Shown: positions 57,034 through 64,000 of the stretch, piece after piece
Layout of the letters: every line of letters starts with the position of its first letter
Position numbering within the stretch: position 1 is the first letter of the stretch
NCBI GenBank assembly: GCA_041746105.1
Contig: JBGTHP010000003.1
Span: 78,163 to 142,162, forward strand
Direction: 5' to 3'
DNA length: 64,000 nucleotides
Source of the DNA: Acidimicrobiia bacterium
GTDB lineage: Bacteria; Actinomycetota; Acidimicrobiia; Spongiisociales; ZC4RG35
Made by a program: the position numbers and the translations under genes
The notes under the pieces: model-generated
What the model saw: the letters and a program-made list of their open reading frames with translations, nothing else
The model's database searches: none
Told to the model about the DNA's origin: nothing

Positions 57034-58668
57034 TCAGCCCCGGATCACCTTGGAGACCGTTCCACCGAGCGACACGACGTACAACTCTCCGAATCCATCC
57101 GTTCCAAATGACGTGAGCGACCCAACCGAGAACGGCCAGTTCTTGGCGTCGGCAATCCCTCCGGTGTATCGGAAGGAGCGGATGAACCCGCTACAGAAAT
57201 CACCGTAGAAATAATGGCCTGTCAGCTCGGGGATCGCACTACCGCGGTAAACGTAGCCACCGGTGATCGAACAGCCCTCTGAATGGGTGTACTCCGTCAC
57301 CGGAAGCACGAGGCCGGCAGAATTGCAGTTACTCGACCCGAAGCACAATGACCCTTCCATGATCGACCAGCCGAGATTTGCTCCTGCTTCGTAGATGGAA
57401 ATGACATCAACTTCTTCACGAGCGCCCTGCCCTACGTCGGCGATGTAGAAACGATCTCCATCCACCGCGAAGCGCCAAGGATTTCGCACTCCGTATGCCA
57501 GAAGGCTGGTCTGGCCGGAGTCGACGTCGATCGCCGTGATGGTCGCCAGAAGGGTTTCTGGCCGTTGACCGTGATTGAAGGTGTCTCCTCCTCCGCCTCC
57601 ATCGCCAAGGCCAACGTAGAGATCGCCGTCCGGTCCAAACGCGATCATCCCGCCGTTGTGATTGGAGGCGGGTTGGTCGACAAACAGGAGCGGCCGGGCA
57701 GAGGTCGCATCGGCGAGCGCGGGATCGCCGGAAACGGCATATTCGACGACCCGGGAGTCGCCATTCTTGTCGGTGTAGGAGACGAAGAAGCGGCCGTTCG
57801 AGGCGTACCCGGGGTGGAACGCCATGCCGAGCAGCCCCCCCTCTCCCGCCGTCCCCACCAGGCCAGTGATGTCCAGGAATGGTTGTGCCAGCACCGCACC
57901 CTGCTGCAAGATTTTTATCTTCCCCGCCCGTTCGATGACAAACAACCGGCTATCTCCGGCCGGTGTGTCTACAAACATGGGTGAATCGAGCCCGGTGGCG
58001 ACCGGCTGCAGGGCAAGCGTGAGATTCTGGACAGAGGGGCGCGGGGGAGGTGGGATCAGCTGTAGCGCAAACGCGCGAGCCAAAAACGAAGCCATTTCAG
58101 CTCGGCTGACGGCGCCAAGCGGACAATATCGGAGCGGGTTGGTTGCGCAGCCGGTGGTTATTCCCATTTCAAGGAGACGGGCGGCGTAACCGGCGTACCA
58201 GGAGTCCGAGGGGACGTCGGTGAATGCGTCTGTGGAATTCGATTCCGACTCGTTCAGCGCCCTGATCAGGAATGCGGCCATCTCGGCCCTGGTCACGAGC
58301 CCATTGGGATTGAACTGTCCATTGCCGACGCCGTTGCTGATTCCGAGATTGGCGATTCTCTCCACCGACGCCGAATAGAAGGGCCCAGACGGCACATCGG
58401 AAAACAGACCCTGATATGCACCTGTGGTTTCTCCCAGTGCCCTGACCAAAAAGACGGCCATTTCTCCTCGCGTCACCGGAGCCGCCGGACAAAAGCGGTC
58501 TCCGACAGGGTCACACCCGGTTGTGATCGAAGCAGCAAAAATCGCCTCGATTGCACCCTCGTGGGGTGATCCGTCATCGTCGATGAATGTGCCGCCAGGA
58601 CCGAGAGCGGCTCCGGCGGCCAGAGCCGGCACCATCAACATGGCAAGGATTGGAATCCAGCGCTTCAA
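57034..58668 (-). CDS. PQQ-dependent sugar dehydrogenase (sGDH/YliI type) with N-terminal SLH domains
   Basis: Three SLH repeats ('VTRGEMAVFL.RAL', 'VTRAEMAAFL.RAL', 'VSRAEMASFL.RAF'); 'GLLGMAFHP', 'NHNGG', 'G.RNPWR', 'DVGQ..REE'. Confidence 0.92.
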   Translation of the reverse strand: MKRWIPILAMLMVPALAAGAALGPGGTFIDDDGSPHEGAIEAIFAASITTGCDPVGDRFCPAAPVTRGEMAVFLVRALGETTGAYQGLFSDVPSGPFYSASVERIANLGISNGVGNGQFNPNGLVTRAEMAAFLIRALNESESNSTDAFTDVPSDSWYAGYAARLLEMGITTGCATNPLRYCPLGAVSRAEMASFLARAFALQLIPPPPRPSVQNLTLALQPVATGLDSPMFVDTPAGDSRLFVIERAGKIKILQQGAVLAQPFLDITGLVGTAGEGGLLGMAFHPGYASNGRFFVSYTDKNGDSRVVEYAVSGDPALADATSARPLLFVDQPASNHNGGMIAFGPDGDLYVGLGDGGGGGDTFNHGQRPETLLATITAIDVDSGQTSLLAYGVRNPWRFAVDGDRFYIADVGQGAREEVDVISIYEAGANLGWSIMEGSLCFGSSNCNSAGLVLPVTEYTHSEGCSITGGYVYRGSAIPELTGHYFYGDFCSGFIRSFRYTGGIADAKNWPFSVGSLTSFGTDGFGELYVVSLGGTVSKVIRG

Positions 58669-58826
58669 CGTTTCCCCCGAATCTCGATTGAACACAAAAC
58701 TAGCTCCTCCCACCGATCAATCGGTGCAGCCGTTCGAGGCATGAGCCGCCTGCCGCCACCCACAGAACCCGGAACTTCCGACGCGCGGACGCCAGTTCAT
58801 CTATGTTTCTTGGAAGGAAACGATCA

Positions 58827-59210
58827 ATGCAAGTGCGGACCATCGACGAGTTGTTGGAGGAGGCGCGGAGTCTCCTGGTCAGAGTCGACCCTTCCCAGCT
58901 TGATGCCGCGGTTGCCGCCGGCGCCCTCCTCGTCGACATCCGACCATGGGAACAACGTGCCAGGGACGGCTCGATGCCGGGCGCAATTCAAGTCGACCGC
59001 AATGTGCTCGAGTGGAGGCTGACTCCGAGCTGTCCTCATCGGCTCCCGGAGGTGGATGAGGCCAGGACGGTCATCGTGATCTGCAACGAGGGATATAGCT
59101 CCAGCCTGGCGGCGGCCGAACTCCAGAGCCTCGGCCTGGCGGGCGCAACCGACCTGATTGGCGGATTCCAGGGCTGGCTCGCATGGAAGGCGCAGTCAGC
59201 AGAGGTTTGA
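58827..59210 (+). CDS. Rhodanese-like domain protein
   Basis: 'LVDIRP', 'RNVLEWRL.P', 'ICNEGYSSSLAA', 'GGFQGW'. Confidence 0.9.
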   Translation: MQVRTIDELLEEARSLLVRVDPSQLDAAVAAGALLVDIRPWEQRARDGSMPGAIQVDRNVLEWRLTPSCPHRLPEVDEARTVIVICNEGYSSSLAAAELQSLGLAGATDLIGGFQGWLAWKAQSAEV

Positions 59211-59255
59211 TTCCAGCAGCGCAGATCGGGCAGGCGGCCGGTTAACGTCGCAAGC

Positions 59256-60464
59256 GTGACTCGTTGGACCAACTGGGTAGGCAATCAGAGTTTCGAACCC
59301 CGCCAGTCGATCAGCGCAGCGACCGAGGAAGACGTTCTGAATGCGGTGCGGCGCGCGTTTGATGAAGGTGTGGGGATTCGCACCGCGGGGACGGGTCATT
59401 CGTTCACGCCGATCGTCGCGACCGATGGATACTTGCTCGACACCGAGGCGATGCGAGGTGTGATCGATGTAGACCCGGTCAAGAGACTGGTGAAGGCGCT
59501 TCCCAAGACCACCATCGGCGACTTCGGCGAGCCGCTTTGGACACAAGGGCTGGCCCTCGCCAACCAGGGCGACATCGACACCCAGGCCATCGCCGGGGCG
59601 ATCGCAACCGCCACACACGGTTCCGGAATGAAACATCCGTGTTTTTCTGCAACGCTCGAGGCTGCTCGAATCGTCGACGGTTCTGGCAATCTCGTCGAAG
59701 TAACTCGAGAGAACCCTGATGAGCTCGCCGCGCTTCAGACTTCGATTGGCCTACTCGGGATCATGACCGAGGTGACGATCAGGGCGGTCCCCGCCTATAA
59801 CCTCCATGCACGGACAGACGTCCTCCCCTTCGATCGTGTGATGGAGTCTTTCGAGACGGATGTCGACGAGTACCGGCATTACGGGTTGTTCTGGATGCCG
59901 ACCGACGAGTCGGCCAAGCTCTACAACCTCAAGGAGGCAGGGGCCGACCATTGCGTTGTCAAACGGTATCGGGAGGTGCCGGCGGACACACCCGCCCACG
60001 GGTTGGCCGAAAACGAACGAGTGGGACGGTCCTATCACATCTACCCGATGGTGTACGACCCGAACTTTCACGAGGTCGAGTACTTCCTTCCGATCGGCGA
60101 GGCGCGTCCGATCCTCGAAGAAATGCGCAAATTGATGTTGAGATGGCTTCCGCTGAGTATCTACCCGTTGGAGGTGCGAGTGGTGGCGGCGGACAACTCC
60201 TGGATGAGTCCCAACTACCAACAGGACAACCTCGTCATCTCGATCTCGGGACAACCAGGAACGGAATACTGGCCGTACCTCCGCGCCTGCGACAGCCTTT
60301 TTGCGGAGTTCCGAGGGAGGCCTCACTGGGGCAAGCTCCATTTCATGACGCCGGATCGGGTGGCGCGTTTGTTTCCTCGTTACGACGACTTCGTGGCGAT
60401 GCGCAGGAAGTTCGATCCAAAAGGGACGTTTCTGAACGATCACACCAGGGAGCTCTTTGCCTGA
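59256..60464 (+). CDS. FAD-linked sugar-1,4-lactone/alditol oxidase (ALO family)
   Basis: 'WTNWVGN', 'GTGHSF', 'QAIAGAIATATHGSG', 'RPHWGK', 'DPKG.FLN'. Confidence 0.92.
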   Translation: MTRWTNWVGNQSFEPRQSISAATEEDVLNAVRRAFDEGVGIRTAGTGHSFTPIVATDGYLLDTEAMRGVIDVDPVKRLVKALPKTTIGDFGEPLWTQGLALANQGDIDTQAIAGAIATATHGSGMKHPCFSATLEAARIVDGSGNLVEVTRENPDELAALQTSIGLLGIMTEVTIRAVPAYNLHARTDVLPFDRVMESFETDVDEYRHYGLFWMPTDESAKLYNLKEAGADHCVVKRYREVPADTPAHGLAENERVGRSYHIYPMVYDPNFHEVEYFLPIGEARPILEEMRKLMLRWLPLSIYPLEVRVVAADNSWMSPNYQQDNLVISISGQPGTEYWPYLRACDSLFAEFRGRPHWGKLHFMTPDRVARLFPRYDDFVAMRRKFDPKGTFLNDHTRELFA

Positions 60465-60466
60465 GT

Positions 60467-61642
60467 TCAAACAGGCGGCGAGTCGATCCCGGTTAGGTCG
60501 GCCACGACGCCGAGGTGTTCCATCATGCCGCTGATCTCGGTGTTGTAGATCGGATTCATGGACACGATCAACTCGACACCGCTTCCGGCAAGGGCGTCAG
60601 GTGGCATGACTCGCATTCCCGACCCCGGCAAAAAAGCATGGTGTTTGGATGGATTGATGTCGACGACCGTTGAGATAGGCATGTCCTCGAGGTGGCCGAG
60701 ACCCGAGAGGAAACCGACCGTTTTGCTGCTGGCTCCCCACAGGGCCACCTTCCGACCGGCGCCGCCAAGACGCTCCAACGCTTCTCTCCACCGGCTGAGA
60801 GAATCAGCCGCATTCGTCTGAAACGACCGGCTGAGGTCCACGACCGATCGCGGGTCCAAGTGCGGGCGAGGCGGATGTTGGTGGGTAGCCTCGACCAGCA
60901 GGTATTGATCCCCGTAATCGAGCCGCAGATCGGCGATTCCCAGGCCAGAGGACGTGATGAGATTGGAAAGCGAAACATCGGTGAAATAGGAACAGTGCTC
61001 GTAATAGACATCCCAGAAGGCACCGTCCGCCAGGATGCGGCGGCTGTCGGGCAGCTCCAAGAAGAGAACAGACCCAGGGGTGTGGCTCGTCGACCGAGCC
61101 AGCCATCCCATGAATTCCGCGGTGTTGGCGACATGTTCGAGGGTATGACGGCAAGCGATCAATGGAGCCGTGAGGTGGGTCTTGGACTCATCGAAGTAAT
61201 CGGTCAAGACCGATAAGCGGGCCGAGTCGACAGGGTCGACCCTCCCGGCGATATAGGCGGGATCGATTCCAACCCCGGTCGCTCCAACGGACGCACAGAA
61301 CAAAGCGAGCCACTCTGCCTTGCCGCAACCGACTTCGAACACGGATTTTCCGGCGAGCCCATGACTGGAAGCAAGTCTCTCGATAGTGCGGCGGGCGAAT
61401 TGTTGGAAGGTGGGAGACGCCGCCTGGCTCTCCTCGTACGGCATCGAATAGTCGACGAGGCGAGGATCGAAGGCGTGGTTGTGGATGAACCCACATGCCT
61501 GACACACCACAAGGTCGATCGAGCCGGTGGCGAAGTTGCGGGCCGAATCCAGATCGGTGAGAAGGACACAGGAACTCACCGGCACGTTGGATGCGGTGTA
61601 GAAACTTTCCAGCTCCGTGCCGCCACAAGACGGGCACGTCAC
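60467..61642 (-). CDS. SAM-dependent NDP-sugar C-methyltransferase-like protein
   Basis: Zn motif 'CPSC...CQACG', 'EVGCGK', 'RHTLEH', 'YYEH.SYF', C-terminal 'WGA.SK', 'VDINP.K'; GTGA overlap. Confidence 0.88.
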   Translation of the reverse strand: MTCPSCGGTELESFYTASNVPVSSCVLLTDLDSARNFATGSIDLVVCQACGFIHNHAFDPRLVDYSMPYEESQAASPTFQQFARRTIERLASSHGLAGKSVFEVGCGKAEWLALFCASVGATGVGIDPAYIAGRVDPVDSARLSVLTDYFDESKTHLTAPLIACRHTLEHVANTAEFMGWLARSTSHTPGSVLFLELPDSRRILADGAFWDVYYEHCSYFTDVSLSNLITSSGLGIADLRLDYGDQYLLVEATHQHPPRPHLDPRSVVDLSRSFQTNAADSLSRWREALERLGGAGRKVALWGASSKTVGFLSGLGHLEDMPISTVVDINPSKHHAFLPGSGMRVMPPDALAGSGVELIVSMNPIYNTEISGMMEHLGVVADLTGIDSPPV

Positions 61643-62268
61643 CGCAAGGTCACCGTGCGGCACACGAATGCCTCGGCCGAGGGCGTGTTGCATTGGACAC
61701 CTCTCAAGGCCATCACTCCTGCAAAAACCGCCCGCCCATACCAGCCACGGTGTTGCTGGCTGGGAAAATGCCCATCGAGATGCGCCAGCTTCGACTCGAC
61801 CTCGCCTGGATCCAGAGGCACAAAAACGTTGGGAGTGGGTGGATCCGCTTCGTACTTCGGTATCTCGTACTCGAATATCGGTGTTTCGCGATAGAGCTGG
61901 TGGGCCATCTCGGCCAGGAAGCGGTGGTCCTGGTGGGCGTCGCCGAGGTTGGGCGCCAAAACCAGGTCGGGCCGAAAACCGTCGGTGGCCGCCCGCAGCT
62001 GATCCTTGGCCTCACCCGGCCGGTCATACGGCAGGTGACCGTCACGGTGGTCGAGGCACACCACTTCGGTCGGTTTGCCGCACAGATCGGCGGCGCTCGC
62101 CTTGGCCTCCGACCATCTCGTTTCGTCTCCGGTCATCACCACGAAGAGCACATTGGCGCCGTTCCTGGCCAACCTCGCGACAAGGGCCCCGCCGCCGATC
62201 TCGACATCGTCGGCGTGTGCGCTCAGGCAAAGCACTCTTTTCGGTGTGGGGTCGATGACAAATGCCAC
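61639..62268 (-). CDS. PIG-L/LmbE family deacetylase-like protein
   Basis: 'AHADDVEIG.G', 'DAHQDH', 'YEIPKY', 'FPSQ', 'AEAF'. Confidence 0.88.
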   Translation of the reverse strand: MAFVIDPTPKRVLCLSAHADDVEIGGGALVARLARNGANVLFVVMTGDETRWSEAKASAADLCGKPTEVVCLDHRDGHLPYDRPGEAKDQLRAATDGFRPDLVLAPNLGDAHQDHRFLAEMAHQLYRETPIFEYEIPKYEADPPTPNVFVPLDPGEVESKLAHLDGHFPSQQHRGWYGRAVFAGVMALRGVQCNTPSAEAFVCRTVTLR

Positions 62269-62269
62269 G

Positions 62270-63040
62270 TCAGTCCCAGAGCACCCAGGGAGCTTTGTCG
62301 GATTGGTACAACTCCTCGAGAAACTGCTTCTCTTTGAAGGTGTCCATCGGCGACCAAAAACCTTCGAACCTGTTGGCAGCGAGGTCTCCGGATTGGAGCA
62401 GACGTGCGAACGGTTCCGACAGAAGATCCTCACCGGGCTCGATTGCGTCAAAAACCTTCTGATTGAAAACGAAGTACCCGGCATTGAGCCATAGGTCGGC
62501 ATCGCCGATCGGACCCACGCTGGTGACCCGGTCGGCCCCGTTGAGGGTTATCACGTGATAACTCTGCGGGGGCCTAACGGCCAGGAACGAGGCCGTCGCT
62601 CCGGACTCTTTGAAATGGTCGACGTGGGCGTTGAGATCGAGGTCCGTCAGTCCGTCGGCGTAGTTCGCGAGGAAGACCTCGTCCTCACCGATGTGGGCTT
62701 TCACCCGGCGCAGACGTTCACCGATCTGGGTGTTGAGACCGGTGTCGACAAAAGTGATGCTCCAGTCGTCGATGTCCGAACTCAGAAGCACCTTGTCCCG
62801 TCCGCCGTCGCGGAGAACGAAATCGTTCGACATCTCTTCTTGGTATTCGAGGAAAAAACGCTTGACGGTGTCGGCGCGGTAGCCGAGACAGAGGATGAAT
62901 TCGGTATGTCCGAAGTGTGCGTAGTACTTCATTACGTGCCAGAGGATTGGGCGGAAACCGATTGGGACCATGGGTTTCGGCACTTCCGAATAGTCGCGGA
63001 TCCGCAGACCCTGGCCACCGCAGAACAGGACGACCTTCAC
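62270..63040 (-). CDS. rfbF: Glucose-1-phosphate cytidylyltransferase-like protein
   Basis: 'LFCGGQGLR', 'PKPMVPIG', 'LCLGY', 'VDTG', 'FW..MDTFKE'. Confidence 0.88.
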   Translation of the reverse strand: MKVVLFCGGQGLRIRDYSEVPKPMVPIGFRPILWHVMKYYAHFGHTEFILCLGYRADTVKRFFLEYQEEMSNDFVLRDGGRDKVLLSSDIDDWSITFVDTGLNTQIGERLRRVKAHIGEDEVFLANYADGLTDLDLNAHVDHFKESGATASFLAVRPPQSYHVITLNGADRVTSVGPIGDADLWLNAGYFVFNQKVFDAIEPGEDLLSEPFARLLQSGDLAANRFEGFWSPMDTFKEKQFLEELYQSDKAPWVLWD

Positions 63041-64000
63041 GGCGCAATCACCTCGACCTCCGGTATCGGGATCACGAATTTTCCGCCCCACTCTTTGATG
63101 TAGTCGAGTTGGTTCATGATCTCGGCTTTCAGGTTCCATGGGAGGATCAATACGTAGTCAGGCCTGGTTTGGGCGATGTGCTCTGGCGGGAAGATCGGTA
63201 TGTGGGTCCCTGGGGTCAGCCTGCCATGTTTGTAGGGGTTGCGGTCGACCGCGTAGTCGACGAAGTCCGTCCTGATCCCACAGAAGTTCAGAAGGGTGTT
63301 CCCCTTGCCGGGAGCCCCGTATGCAGCGATGGTGGCCCCTGCCTCTTTCGCCGAGATCAAAAACGCGAGCAACTTCCTCTTGGTCTCTTCGACCTGCGAA
63401 CCGAAGCCTTCATAGGTGGACAAATCGAACAGACCGAAACGTTCTTCCTCTGCGAGCAACTTCTCGACGGCTGGTGTCAATGCCAATGTGTCGTTCTCCC
63501 GGTGCCGTAGGTAAACCCGAAGCGATCCGCCGTGAGTCCACAACTCTTCTACGTCGAACACCGTCAGGCCATGGGCCTCGGCGATGCGGCTCGTTGTCCC
63601 GAGCGAGAAGTACGAGAAATGCTCGTGATAGATGGTGTCAAACTGGTTCTCGATCATCAATCGCATCACATGAGGAAACTCGATGGTGACAACCCCGGAT
63701 GGGGACAACACCAGCTTCAAACCACCTACAAACGAATTGATGTCTGGCACCTGCGCCAAGACATTGTTGGCCGCGATCAAATCGGCTTGTATCCCCTCTG
63801 CCAGCAGCCGGTTTGCGGAGTCAACATCGAAGAACTCGACCCTCGTGGGAATGCCTGCCTCGATGGCCGCATCTGCCACGGTTTTGGCCGGCTCGATCCC
63901 AAGGCACGGTATTCCCCGCTCGACGAAATTCCTCAGTAGGTAGCCGTCGTTGCTTGCAACCTCTATCACCATCGAGTCGGTGTCCAATTTCCAGCGCTCG
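63037..64000 (-). CDS. NDP-hexose C-methyltransferase (5' end lies outside the window)
   Basis: 'EVASNDGYLL', 'FDTIYHEH.SYFS', 'HGGSLR', 'YGAPGKGNTLLN', 'ILPWN'. Confidence 0.93.
   Translation of the reverse strand, partial: ERWKLDTDSMVIEVASNDGYLLRNFVERGIPCLGIEPAKTVADAAIEAGIPTRVEFFDVDSANRLLAEGIQADLIAANNVLAQVPDINSFVGGLKLVLSPSGVVTIEFPHVMRLMIENQFDTIYHEHFSYFSLGTTSRIAEAHGLTVFDVEELWTHGGSLRVYLRHRENDTLALTPAVEKLLAEEERFGLFDLSTYEGFGSQVEETKRKLLAFLISAKEAGATIAAYGAPGKGNTLLNFCGIRTDFVDYAVDRNPYKHGRLTPGTHIPIFPPEHIAQTRPDYVLILPWNLKAEIMNQLDYIKEWGGKFVIPIPEVEVIAP

Noticed and set aside
1-64000. Mobile elements, prophage, defence systems, tRNA/rRNA
   Set aside because: No transposase, integrase, phage, nuclease/RT or structural RNA signatures recognised; composition looks uniform by eye

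Overview
High-GC actinobacterial chromosomal segment, most consistent with Acidimicrobiia (inference from gene content: SLH-domain enzyme, DrrAB, TIGR03086 protein, and many apparently leaderless genes). I see no rRNA, tRNA, CRISPR array, transposase or prophage. About 66 CDS. From left to right: a small-molecule stress/detox block (two ArsR-SRPBCC pairs, three VOC proteins, SnoaL, DoxX); a GbsR/MarR-regulated ABC exporter; a PrsW, tandem-HTH and ferredoxin run; an orphan histidine kinase coupled to a 1365-aa adhesin; a group 3b [NiFe]-hydrogenase operon with a DosR-like box, divergent from an EamA + DUF6390-like pair; DrrAB; a Nur-boxed NikMN-Q-O nickel ECF transporter; a 674-aa Cys-rich orphan; an IclR + peptide-family ABC importer divergent from a DmdA-like demethylase; a DUF4331-TPR-RcnA-like operon with a SigK-type promoter; and the end of a CDP-sugar/C-methyltransferase cluster. 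Top candidates for undescribed systems: (1) the DUF4331/TPR/RcnA-like operon, whose exported proteins have predicted mature N-terminal metal-binding motifs (ATCUN-type Ala-Asp-His and His1), suggesting an extracytoplasmic Ni/Cu handling system; (2) the EamA + DUF6390-like hydrogenase accessory module with a HypC-like tail; (3) an actinobacterial DmdA-like demethylase with a dedicated importer. All family assignments are motif recognition from memory; no database search was run.
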